A DNA stretch of 64,000 nucleotides, from positions 22,348,613 through 22,412,612 of the forward strand of contig NC_069003.1 in NCBI RefSeq assembly GCF_001194135.2, given 5' to 3'. The position numbers and the translations under genes are program-made. The DNA is from Octopus bimaculoides (lineage: Eukaryota). Positions 35,516 through 47,932 of this stretch are shown piece by piece; positions within the stretch are counted from its first letter, which is position 1; each line of letters opens with the position of its first letter. The notes below the pieces were generated by a model. The model saw only the letters and a list, made by a program, of their open reading frames with translations. It was not told where the DNA came from and searched no databases.

Positions 35516-35670
35516 ATCAACAGCATTGATTTCATGTGGGTTATTTTTTTCTATGTTAGCATGGATTGGACAATACTTGCTGAGGCAGTCTTCTATGGCT
35601 GGTTGTCTTTCCTGACACCAAACTTTACTTGTTTTTAAGTATTTTTTTTTTATTCCACAGGTATTTTACA

Positions 35671-36393
35671 TGCTGGTGCCACATAAAAAGCACCCATGCT
35701 GGTGTCACATAAAAAGTGCCTGTGCTGGTGCCACGTAAAAAGCAGCCGTGCCGGCCTCACATAAAAAGCACCAGTGTTGGTGCCACATAAAAAGCGCCTG
35801 TGCTGGTGCCATATAAATAGCCCGTGTTGGTGTCACATAGCTAACACCTGTGCTGGTGCCACATTAAAAGCACCCATGCTGGTGCTACATTAAAAGCACT
35901 TGTGTTGGTTCCATGCATAAAGCACTAATGCTGCTACCACATGTAAAGCACCCAGTACACTCTGTACAGTGGCTGGCATTAGGAAAGGCATCCAGTTGTA
36001 GAAACCAGGCCAAACCAGACAATTGGAGCATGGACAGCTCTCCGGTTTTCTGGTTCCAGTCAAACCATCTAACCCATACCAGCTTGGAAAATGGACGTTA
36101 AATGATGATGATGATGATGATACATATACCTCTGTGTGCGTATATGCTTGTATGTAGGAATGCATATGGACACCATCCCACACTAAATTTTAAAAAACAA
36201 TAAAATAAAATAAAATAATAATCATTATTATTGATAAAGCACCCACTACACTCTCAGAGTGGTTGGCGTTAGGAAGGGCATCCAGCTGTAGAAACTCTGC
36301 CAAATGGGATTGGAGCCTGGTGTAGCCATCTGGTTTCACCAGTCCTCAGTCAAATCGTCCAACCTATGCTAGCATGGAAAGCGGACGTTAAAC

Positions 36394-36452
<59 letters not shown>
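35671..36452 (+). mobile_element. Two family D retro-elements with (GAT)n tails; the first carries an 11-unit 26-bp minisatellite
   Basis: TTAGGAAGGGCATCCAG...CAAATCGTCCAACC...GGACGTTAAACGATGATG; no tRNA head seen. Confidence 0.8.
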
Positions 36453-37211
36453 AAACAATTTCAGCTTGAGGAACATCAAGTGAGCCTTCTTAGCAGAGAA
36501 TATTTTTCAAGTGATTGTACCATCCTAGTTTAGTGGATGGAACTGAGTTACATCCTGTTGCTTATAAAACAGCTCAAATTTCCCACATGACGTCAGGTCC
36601 GTTTCATGTTGATCACAACAACATACACATAAACAATAATGTAAGTATTATAGAAAGAAAGTGACACACACAAATACACACAGAGATACATACATGCATA
36701 TATATATGTGCAAATACACACATAGATACAAATGCGTGTGCGCGCACGCAAACACACACTTATGCCAGGCATTTTACTTCTTTGATAAAAATATAAAAGT
36801 TAGACACAAAGCAAACAAAAAAAAAACAGGTTACTGTATTGAACTTCATCTCCCTGAACGTCATGTAAACTGTGTCATGATATTGTGTGTGTGAAGGTGG
36901 GGAGGATAGGATTATAGTTTCAACACGTCCAAAAATAAACACAAAATGTTTACAAAGCATGCATGAACAAAAATGTACCCATATACACAGCCACACATAC
37001 ACTCTAGGACTATCCTCACACATACATCAGTGTTTTCAAAAATGGTAGAATATATAGTTAGGTGCAAGCGTGGCAGTGTGGTAAGAAGCTTGTTTCCCAA
37101 CTGGGTTCAGTCCCACTACATAACACCTTGGGTAAGTGTCTTCTACTATAGCTTTGGGCAAACCAAAGTCTTGAGAATGGATTTGGTAGACAGAAATTGA
37201 AAGAAGCTAGT

Positions 37212-37254
<43 letters not shown>

Positions 37255-38222
37255 NNNNNNNNNNNNNNNNNNNNNNNNNNNNNNNNNNNNNNNNNNNNNN
37301 NNNNNNNNNNNNNNNNNNNNNNNNNNNNNNNNNNNNNNNNNNNNNNNNNNNNNNNNNNNNNNNNNNNNNNNNNNNNNNNNNNNNNNNNNNNNNNNNNNNN
37401 NNNNNNNNNNNNNNNNNNNNNNNNNNNNNNNNNNNNNNNNNNNNNNNNNNNNNNNNNNNNNNNNNNNNNNNNNNNNNNNNNNNNNNNNNNNNNNNNNNNN
37501 NNNNNNNNNNNNNNNNNNNNNNNNNNNNNNNNNNNNNNNNNNNNNNNNNNNNNNNNNNNNNNNNNNNNNNNNNNNNNNNNNNNNNNNNNNNNNNNNNNNN
37601 NNNNNNNNNNNNNNNNNNNNNNNNNNNNNNNNNNNNNNNNNNNNNNNNNNNNNNNNNNNNNNNNNNNNNNNNNNNNNNNNNNNNNNNNNNNNNNNNNNNN
37701 NNNNNNNNNNNNNNNNNNNNNNNNNNNNNNNNNNNNNNNNNNNNNNNNNNNNNNNNNNNNNNNNNNNNNNNNNNNNNNNNNNNNNNNNNNNNNNNNNNNN
37801 NNNNNNNNNNNNNNNNNNNNNNNNNNNNNNNNNNNNNNNNNNNNNNNNNNNNNNNNNNNNNNNNNNNNNNNNNNNNNNNNNNNNNNNNNNNNNNNNNNNN
37901 NNNNNNNNNNNNNNNNNNNNNNNNNNNNNNNNNNNNNNNNNNNNNNNNNNNNNNNNNNNNNNNNNNNNNNNNNNNNNNNNNNNNNNNNNNNNNNNNNNNN
38001 NNNNNNNNNNNNNNNNNNNNNNNNNNNNNNNNNNNNNNNNNNNNNNNNNNNNNNNNNNNNNNNNNNNNNNNNNNNNNNNNNNNNNNNNNNNNNNNNNNNN
38101 NNNNNNNNNNNNNNNNNNNNNNNNNNNNNNNNNNNNNNNNNNNNNNNNNNNNNNNNNNNNNNNNNNNNNNNNNNNNNNNNNNNNNNNNNNNNNNNNNNNN
38201 NNNNNNNNNNNNNNNNNNNNNN
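37255..38222. other. Largest assembly gap; other N-runs 7476-7496, 11694-11871, 22934-23080, 24929-24970, 27379-28129, 31720-32278, 53545-53810, 54411-55249
   Basis: N bases, usually adjacent to (TA)n or a SINE. Confidence 0.99.
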
Positions 38223-38437
38223 AAGCAGTCGATATCCTCCACCATCATCACTACAAGAACGGGAGACTGTTTTAGCTAAAGAATGGACAAAATTTCCTTT
38301 GGAAACAATTCAAACTTTGTACGAGTCCATACCCCGTAGAATTCAAGCTGTAATTACTGCCAAAGGTGGTCCTACCCCATATCAAAATAAATTTGTTTGA
38401 AATTTTAAGGTGTTTCCATTATATTGTCCAAGCCCTG
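38223..38437 (+). mobile_element. Tc1-family transposase C-terminus and right TIR (remainder in gap)
   Basis: SSRYPPPSSLQERETVLAKEWTKFPLETIQTLYESIPRRIQAVITAKGGPTPY, then TIR-like GGTGTTTCCATTATATTGTCCAAGCCCTG. Confidence 0.85.
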
Positions 38438-38800
38438 TGGTTAGGGCAGCGGACTCGCGGTTGTAGGATCGCAGTTTCAATTCCCAGACCAGGCGTTGTG
38501 AGTGTTTATTGAGCGAAAACACCTAAAGCTCCACGAGGCTCCCGCAGGAGATGGTGGCAAACCCTGCTGTGCTCTTTCACCACAACTTTCTCTCACTCTT
38601 ACTTCCTGTTTCTGTTGTGCCTGTAATTCAAAGGGCCAGCCTTGTCACACTGTGTCACACTGAATATCCCCTATAACTACGTTAAGGGTACACATGTCTG
38701 TGGAGTGCTTAGCCACTTGCACGATAATTTCACGAGCAGGCTGTTCCGTTGATCGGATCAACTGGAACCCTCGACATCGCTTACGACGTTGTGCCAACAA
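38435..38800 (+). mobile_element. SINE family A lacking its first ~20 nt, abutting the Tc1 TIR
   Basis: Homology to 4770-5152. Confidence 0.88.
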
Positions 38801-39341
38801 ACATTATCATTCATTTTGTTCATCAAATACAAGTACACTTATATTCATCACTATTTTATTTATTTTATTCAATTTTAGAAAAATTGAAGTATGTCTGACA
38901 ATTCCAGTGCATATTCAATTTTATTTTGTGCGTGACTTTTGGCTCACCCTGTATATATATGGACGCACACACACACACACATGAGAAAGAGAAAATCAAG
39001 TACAACAGCATGGTTGTTATCCAACTTGTTACTATTTTATTCCCTGGTGTTCTAATTTCAATACTAGAATTAGAACAAACATCATCATCCTGACACCCAT
39101 AAAGTAATAAATCCAGAAGGGTAGAGACTGGCTAAGATACCAAATTGGATATGGTAATAATCAGATAGTGTAGGGAACAGGATATTCAATAATGATAACA
39201 GTTACTAACAAAAGTCTTGTCACCAGTTGACCATTGCTTCTATGGCCCACACAACTTGATTCATAGTAACTGAATCAGCCTGTTTCTAAGCTGGTATCAC
39301 ATGGTGGACAGTTAAAAATAACCCACACACTTAACTTTATG

Positions 39342-39573
39342 ACGGCGAGCTGGCAGAACCGTTAGCACACCGGGCGAAATGCTTAGCGGTATTTCGTCTG
39401 CCCGCTACGTTCTGAGTTCAAATTCCGCCGAGGTCGACTTTGCCTTTCATCCTTTCGGGGTCGATTAAATAAGTACCAGTTACGCACTGGGGTCGATATA
39501 ATCGATTTAATCCGTTTGTCTGTCCTTGTTTGTCCCCTCTGTGTGTAGCCCCTTGTGTGTAGTAAAGAAATAA
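39342..39573 (+). mobile_element. tRNA-derived SINE family C (young copy)
   Basis: GGCGAGCTGGCAGAA...GAGTTCAAATTCC head, GCCTTTCATCCTTTCGGGGTCGAT...AAGTACCAGT central domain; CpGs intact. Confidence 0.88.
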
Positions 39574-40360
39574 CACACTTAACTTTCCTCAATGAACAAG
39601 TCCACCAATGTAGGAATAGTACCAACAGGTAAAAGTCACTGTTGTAGGCCATGGCAGTTCTGTAAATTTGCAGGTCCTTCATTGCAAATATGAAAGCCAC
39701 CTGACTATGCTCTCAGTTCATTTTAGGTGAATTCTAAAAGGACATCTCTCTTTCACACACACACCATAAATCAATGAGACAGTTTATATTGAATTTCTCA
39801 ACTTGGAACACACCATAAATTTGTTCCAACTTAGTATGCAGTACTTTCTTCTTTGTACGAGTCATATAAATAAACTTGTTCTCTTCTCTCTTTCACTCCC
39901 TTTTGTTCTCTCACCATATATATATGTTTATTTATAATGTATTTCTGCCTGAACAGCAACAGCTGCCAGTTGATAATATAAATTCTACAATTTGTATTAT
40001 TGAATACTAAGAGTTACTTCATTCTTTGAATCAACCACCTCCTTAATCCAACCCACTGCACCCACAAAATCCATAAACAAAATTATTCTATAGAAATCCA
40101 ATAAACATACATATATTGGGTTATTTGGTGAATTTTCTTCTCATTTCGGCCATTGCCTTCCTATTTTTTTTCCTCTTCTATGTCTTTATTTAAATTTACT
40201 TATACTGGTTATATATCAATCTGGTCGGTGTGAAACTACAAGCTGTCACACTTGCTATGGAATGTAAAACAATTGATCGATGTAAGAGTGCAACATCAAT
40301 GTAACAAAGACTTCTCATTACTAATACATCAACAAGTAAACATTTGTAATTATTATCATA

Positions 40361-40465
40361 TGCCCACGGGCATATGGCGTAGTGGTTAAGAGTGCGGGCT
40401 ACTAACCCCAAGACTCCGAGTTTGATTCCATGCAGTGACCTGAATAATAATAATAATAATAATAT
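40361..40465 (+). repeat. tRNA-like module with (AAT)n, second copy at ~29310-29425 on minus strand
   Basis: A-box TGGCGTAGTGG, B-box GAGTT(T/C)GATTCC; the two copies are near-identical. Confidence 0.8.
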
Positions 40466-40905
40466 ATAAACGTATCTGTCAAGACCTACCAAAAACTGAG
40501 CGAATATAAAGATCTTGAAATAGAAATTAGCAAGATGTGGAACCTGAAGACTAAAACAATACCTATTGTCATAGGTGCCCTGGGAATGATAGCAAAGGGG
40601 CTGATTGCTACCTAGCTCAGATACCAGGAAACCCCAAAATAGCTGAAGTTCAAAAGATAGTGCTCATGGGAACTGCCCATATCCTACGTAAAATATTGTC
40701 TATGTGATCTCAAATTTTAAAACAAACACATAATTTTCTTATGGTTTCTTAAACATTCTCTAGAACAACACTATGTACAAATCCAAATATATGGTACCCT
40801 AGGCACAACACCTACATGAACTTCTAACTTGTTGTCTCTTGAGGTCTCTGGGTGAGACTTGGATCCAACTTGTACAAATACAAAGCAAAAGTCAAACATA
40901 AAATA
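40466..40905 (+). mobile_element. R4/Dong-clade non-LTR retrotransposon 3' end (RLE-domain C-terminus and 3' UTR)
   Basis: Translation NVSVKTYQKLSEYKDLEIEISKMWNLKTKTIPIVIGALGMI/..QKIVLMGTAHILRKILSM* (TGA 40705-40707, one frameshift), followed by an (AAT)n tail. Confidence 0.85.
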
Positions 40906-41044
40906 ATAATAATAATAATAATAAGTAAACATTTGGTATCTTGTTATTGCTTAATCAACTGAGGTTACATTCAACCAGGTCAGGACTGACCAAGGAAATT
41001 CCAGGCATGATCACACCATTTGTTCATTCACAATCCATTTGGAG

Positions 41045-41353
41045 CAGTGATTCTTAACCGGAGTCCATGTAAGATTTTGTGGGGTCCACATAACAAAATA
41101 GTAAATTGGGGATCTACAATAGTATCTTAAAGACCCCTGAAAAAATTTTGCTTTAGATGTATTTACTGCAAGAAACAACTATGTTTCTTCCTCTTACATT
41201 TCACATAGTTCGACCTACACAAGTTAATGCATGAAAAGAAAACAGGAGATTTGGAAGAAGCTTCCATAAAACTAGTTCTTAAACATCAGACGGCTATGGG
41301 GGTCCACCAGAATAAAATAGTAATCATAGACAAAAAATGATTGAGAACCCCTG
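41045..41353. mobile_element. hAT (Charlie/MER5-like) MITE; partial reverse copy at ~59274-59480
   Basis: CAGTGATTCTTAACC...GATTGAGAACCCCTG with 8-bp TSD ATTTGGAG/ATTTAGAG. Confidence 0.8.
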
Positions 41354-42099
41354 ATTTAGAGCTTTATCAGCAATGAGTTTCATTTTAAAAGATGACTGTG
41401 TATGGTCTAAGGGATGGATATTTTGCTGCTGTTTCTAGCAACCATGTAGAGGTTTCTTCATTGGCTCATCAGACTGTTTTCATTAAAAGGCTCAGTGAAG
41501 AAGGTGGGACAGTACCCTTAACTTTTAGGTTTTAGCGGAGATGGTGAAGCTCAGATGCTTATGCTCAGCTTAAATTGATATTCACACACACAAACACACA
41601 CACACATATAACTATCTATTATTACAAATTTCCCAACCACATGAGAAAGCGTCTTCTACTATGGCCTCAGACTGACCAAAGCCTTGTGAGTGGATTCGGT
41701 AGACAGAAACTGAAAGAAGCGTGTCGTATATGTGTGCATGTGTCTGTGTGTCTGTCCCCCACTACTGCTTGACAACCAGTATTGGTGTGTTTATGTCCCC
41801 ATAACATAGCAGTTCAGCAAAAGATACTGATAGAATGAGTACCAGGCTTAAAAGAGAACAGGTACAGGGGTGTTGTGTTGTCAAATTGTACACTCCTACC
41901 AGCAAAAAGTGGTAGTAGCCAGCCATTTTAAATAGACCAGTAGCCAATCAATAGAAAAAGGTCAAAAAGGTCAGGCTGGTCAAGAGTACGTGTAGACTGT
42001 GTTAATATAGTAATTATATCGTGATACTGAGTGGACATTATAACAATCCAACCTTTTGAGGATAATAACACTGTATTACTGGGGGGGGGGGGGGTTGTA

Positions 42100-45000
42100 C
42101 AGCGGCAGATAGAACCATTCTATCAACGACTTGGGAATATAACAATATCTTCAGAGCGACAACCATAGTCAGAAGACAGATGCAACAGTGGCAATGAGGA
42201 AAAACAAATTTATGCGGAGTGAAAAAAAACATTCACACAGAGAGTTTAAACTAATTCATGTGGAGAATTAAATACCGACAAAAAAGTAACAAAAATCTTG
42301 TTGTGCAAACTTACGAAAATCATAAAATATGGAAGACTTGTTAGCTGGGATAGTTGAGTTGCGAAAACAACAACAGCAACTCAAGGAACAATGAGAACAA
42401 CAACAAGGATTGCCGCAGCAAATGTCACAATTAATGAAGTTGATAACCAAACTGGAGGATACATTTTCACCTGACCATGTAGCAAATTCTATGAGCGAAT
42501 TCAAATATGACCCCAAAGAAGGAGTAACCTTTGAGGCTTACTTTCAAAGATTTCAGCAAATTTTTGAAAAAGAATGTCAGGACAGACGAGATGAAAACCT
42601 ATCTAGTGTTAAGAAAACTAGCAACAGCAGAGCATGAGAAGTATAGTAACTTCATATTGCAAAAAAAAAGCATCCAACATAAATTTCACTGACACAGTTG
42701 ACATTTTGTGCAAAATGTTTAGTGGAAAAAAGCTCACTGTTTAATACTAGATGGAAATGTTTAAAAAATAGAAAAGAGCGAAGATGAAGACTTCACTACT
42801 TACACAGGCAGAGTCAACAAAGAATGTGAGAGATTTAGGCTAGATATGCTTACTCCAGATTCTTTTAGGTGTTTGATTTTTGCACAAGGATTGACAGATA
42901 AAAGGGTTGCAGAAATCTGAATTCTATCAAAACTGGAAAAGAACCAGGATTTATCATTGCAGAAACTGTCTGAAGAGTGTGACAGGATATTAAAATTAAG
43001 GTATGACATGGAAGGTATTCAACAGAAAGAGTGTTTCCACATAAGACCAATGCAAAAAAGTCGGAAGACAAAGTGTTGCAGGAAAAACAGAAAAAATATT
43101 GGGATGTAGACCTATGTATGGCATGTGGAGGGATGCACCTGAAAGATTGTCTGTATAAAAAAGCAAAGTGTTTTTATTGTGGGTTTACAGGACATATAAA
43201 ATTGCACTGCAAAACTAGAATGATAGGAAAATGGAACAAACAAGACGAAATAAATAGTTTGTCAGTAGGAAAAGTTGTGACTACAACAAACAGGAAATTT
43301 ATGAATGTGAGAATTGAAGCCACTAGTGTCGGAATGCAATGAGACATGGGAAGTGATATCACAATCATAAATGAGAAAACATGGGAACAAATGAGTAAAC
43401 CAAAATTATGTAGTTCAAACAAAATAGTGTATGGTGTTACGAGAAGAAAATTATATTTCACGGGTGAACACGTTTGTAATATAATGTTCAAAGGTCAAAC
43501 CAAAAAAGTGAATGTTTATGTTTTGAAAAATTTCCTGAATTTATTTGGCACCAAATGTATGGAGAAATTTAATTTATGGCATACACTCATAAACGCTTTG
43601 TGCAATAACGTAAACAGAGCAGTCAAACAATCGAACAAGGTTGATGAACTGAAACAAAAAATGTAAGAAACTTTCCCAAAAGATTTTTCAGAAGGTTGAG
43701 GCTATTGCACAAAAACAAAAGCAAGAATGCTATCAAAAAAATTCAACACCTATTGTCTGGCCCAAATGGAACGTGCAGTTTGTCACTGTAGACCAGGTAA
43801 ATAAAGATCTAGAAAGCTTGGAAAGCCTGAATATAATTGAAAAGATTGACCATGCAGACTGAGCAGCACCGGAGGTGTACATACATAAAAAAAAAAAAGC
43901 TAAGAGTGTGCACAGACTTCTCAACTAGGTTAAATGACGGTTTACTCACACACAATTACCCACTTCTAAGCCCAGGAATATTTGCTAAACTAAATGGAGG
44001 CATACCTTCTAATTCAGTTTGAGGAAGATTGCACACATCTACTAACAATCAACAAGCACCATGGATTGTACAAGTTCAAACGACTGCCATTTGGAGTAAA
44101 AGTGGCACCCACCATATACCAACATATAATGGCTGCGATATTAAGTGATTGTAACTTCGCATATCTAGATGATATTCTGATAAAGAGCGAGTCTCTGGTG
44201 CAATATTTCGAACACATAAAAAAAGTACTCGAGAGAATAAGTGAATACGGACTAAAATTGACAGAAAAATATTGCAGATTTTTTAGGGAAAAATAAAATA
44301 CCTAGGTCAAGTAATCGATGAAAATGGACACAGATAAGGCTCATCAAGGTTGACAGCAATACGAAATAGGCCACCCCCAATAAACATGGCAATGCTACAA
44401 GCATTCCTAAGCTTGGTAGATTAATACCAAATGCATATACCAAATATACATATGGTAAGGGCACCACTTAATGAATTATTTTTTTTTAATGCCAAATGGA
44501 TTTTGACAGGAAATGCCAGAAAGCATTTAACGAGTTAAAAGCTGTTAACTTCAGAATTGAATCTTATGCATTTCAACCCAAAGTTAGAGATAATACTGGC
44601 TACAGATGCTAGCAAGTATGGGATAGGGGCCATGTTCCTACACAAGGATAATGATGGCAGGAGAAAGGCAATAGCTCACACATCAAGGACATTATTGCTG
44701 GTGGAAAAGAGCTGTAGCCAAATCGAAAAAAAGGCATTGGTTATCATATTTGGCATGAAAAAATTCTATAGGTTCATTCACAGCAGATGTTTCTGGTTAC
44801 AAACGGACCGTAGACCTCTAATAATATATGGATCCAAGAAAGGAATCCTGACACATATGGCAAACAGACTGCAGTGGTGGGGTACCATTCTATTAAACTA
44901 TGATTATAGAATGGAATGTCTACCTTCAAAAAAGTTGGGGGCATTCCGATGATCTGTCTAGGCTAATTCCGAGAAATAACGAACCACTAGAGGACACTGT

Positions 45001-45400
45001 AATAGCAGCACTGAGAGTGGAAGCAGAAACAAAAAAAGTGATGTGGAACATTGTGCATTAAATACCAGTAACTTTGGAAGAAATAAAGAGAAATGCGAGA
45101 AATGACAAATTTATTAATGAGACAAAAAGAAAACTGTGGTTGACAAAAGGAAATAAAGAAAGGTCTGATGCAAAGAACTGCCAAGATGTGAACGTGTACT
45201 CTATATGTGATGGTGTACCAATGTAGGCTCAGAGGATGGTCACATCACAGACATTACAGAAGAGAATGCTAAAAGAGTTCCATGTGGGACACCCAGGCAT
45301 CTCTAGAATGAAAGCACTGATGCAAAGTTTCGTATACTGGTCAAGCATGGACAAGGAAGTTGAAAGCCTGGTAAAAGGCTGCAGAGGATGTGTGCATAAA
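42100..45400 (+). mobile_element. Decayed Ty3/gypsy LTR retrotransposon (Mag-like): gag, two CCHC knuckles, protease, RT, RNase H, integrase N-terminus; 3'-truncated
   Basis: ORF fragments FSPDHVANSMSEFKYD (gag), CMACGGMH..C/CFYCGFTGHIKLHC, DMGSDITII, LPFGVKVAP...YLDDILI, LATDASKYGIGA, HVGHPGISRMKAL...CRGC; many stops and frameshifts; PBS-like TGGCAATGAGGA at 42189. Confidence 0.93.
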
Positions 45401-46798
45401 TAGACATATATGCATGCATACATATAGATACAAAGACATACATATATATACATATACATTCATACACATATGGCATGTAAATAGCACCATTTGAGCGTGA
45501 TTGTTACCAACGTCTCCTTCCTGGCACATGTGCCAGTGGCATGTGAAAAGACATTTGAGCGAGATCGTGGCCAGTGCCGCTGGACTGGCTCCTGTGCAAG
45601 TGGCACGTAAAATACACCATTTCGAGCGTGGCCGTTGCCAGTACCGCCTGACTGGCCTTCATGCCGGTGGTACATAAAAGCACCCACTACACTCTTGGAG
45701 TGGTTGGCGTTAGGAAGGGCATCCAGCTGTAGAAACTCTGCCAAATCAGATTGGAGTCTGGTGTAGCCACCTGGTCCACCAGTCCTCAGTCAAATCGTCC
45801 AACCCATGCTAGCATGGAAAGCAGACGTCAAACGATGATGATGATGATGATGACGATATATATCTATATATGCACATATACATACATAGACACATATACA
45901 TTTATATATACACATACATACATATACATTTATATATACACATATTCATACATATTACACAAGAACATATATACATATATGCATACTTATAGATGTGTAT
46001 ACACACACACACACACACACACACACATTATATATATTATCATCATCATTTAATGTCTATCTTCTATGCTGGCATAGTTGATATCCAAAATGTAAAGTGC
46101 ATCACCAACAATAAAGCATAAGGAGAGTTGTGTGGAATGTGAAATAAATCAAAACAAATTGTTTGGTTGGTGGTATGAAGTGGTAAGATTCAACTTCTTC
46201 AGCCGATACTTATTGTTCAAGAGTTAAGTGAACTCTTGGTAAATGTAACATTAGACTTTCTGCTTCTCACAGCGTTTCAATTTATTCAAGAGGCTACATA
46301 CAATGCAATAAACACTCGTGTCACACCCATTAAGTGTATGTGGCTTCCTAACATGGGATGGAGATTTAGTAATGCTACGGAGGTGAACAATTAAATCATA
46401 ATAGATGTGTGCATGTCGTTTTCCAAGCACATAATCTCAGGCTTGTGTGGCACCTTAGACAAGTGTCTTCTACTGTAGCGTTGTGAGTTAATTTGGTAGA
46501 TAGAAACTGAAAGAAGCCTGTCACACACATGCACATATATATATATAAACGTTATGAAGGGTATTGGAGTCAATCAAACCCTAAAGATACAGGTAATACC
46601 GAGTAAGTGCTGTATACCGACTAGTTTTGCCCTAGATGTGGTTGCAACATGAGTGGGGAATATAACATGGGTCGTGTATTAGCGTGTGTATATATATAAA
46701 GAAAGAATAAGATAAAGAGACCAATGGCAAAGGTAGAATTATATAAAATATAATTCTACCTTTGCCATTGGTCTCTTTATCTTATTCTTTCTTTCTTT

Positions 46799-46838
<40 letters not shown>

Positions 46839-47549
46839 TGGGCCAAAAGTCATGCACAAAATAAGTTCAACATGCTCTGGAATTGTCAGACATGCTTCAA
46901 TGTTTAAAAACACCAGAAAGTAAAAGTGATCAGATCATAAATTAAGAAATAGCAGCTGAATTTCTTTTAAATTACACCTTAATCTGTTATAAAAACAAAA
47001 AACATATTAGATAATGTAATCCTAGTTACAGTATACTTAGAAAAAATGGTTTGACATTATGATCACAGCTAGAATGCTTTTGATCAGAGGTCAACCCAAG
47101 CAGAGTTATCCCATGGTTAAACTATCGCAAGCTATCCGATTATTTATAGATCTGACTGATTCTGTAATAGTTACTCATCCAAGTTAGTCTGGCATGATGA
47201 CAGCAGTACCACGACTCGTTGACTGACCGGTCCAAATCAAGATAATCAATTGGTACATTCATTATTCATGCTTACAACAAGAACAACAATACCTACAATA
47301 TTTGCCGACACAAAAATTTATTGATACATCGTTATCAACGATATGGAAATTAACGCTTAATTAACATTACAAAACTGGGTCAGTTTACTTAGTAAAGATA
47401 CATGACTAATTCCCTACATTGTATGAAGCAAGTTAAAACCCTGAATGACCAGGGGACTATGGGATCTTGTACCAATATCAACAAGGTGCGTCCCTGTCAG
47501 TTGATCAACTGAAGTGTCTACTCATTATTCTATATGTAACTAACTGAGT

Positions 47550-47932
47550 TGTTGGCACTCCGTCGCTTATGACGTCGAGGGTTCCAGTTGATCCGATCAA
47601 CGGAACAGCCTGCTCGTGAAATTAACGTGCAAGTGGCTGAGCACTCCACAGACACGTGTACCCTTAACGTAGTTCTCAGGGATATTCAGCGTGACACAGT
47701 GTGACAAGGCTGACCCTTTGAATTACAGGCACAACAGAAACAGGAAGTAAGAGTGAGAGAAAGTTGTGGTGAAAGAGTACAGTAGGGTTCACCACCATCC
47801 CCTGCTGGAGCCTCATGGAGCGTTTAGGTGTTTTCGCTCAATAAACACTCACAACGCCCCGTCTGGGAATCGAAACCGCAATCCTATGACCACGAGTCCG
47901 CTGCCCTAACCACTGGGCCATTGCGCCTCTAC
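47550..47932 (-). mobile_element. SINE family A
   Basis: Reverse copy; 12-bp TSD AACTAACTGAGT. Confidence 0.9.

Noticed and set aside
35671-35955. CRISPR-like periodic array
   Set aside because: Units are contiguous with no unique spacers, lie within a eukaryotic retro-element, and no cas genes are present.
37058-38279. Long ORFs of 200-400 aa (also 27319-28140, 31591-32302, 53399-55351)
   Set aside because: They are open only because they span N-runs.
40370-40441. Functional tRNA gene (also the SINE A/B/C/E heads)
   Set aside because: The acceptor stem does not close. The loop would give anticodon ACT without a Ser-type variable arm. Each head is fused to repeat bodies or tails.
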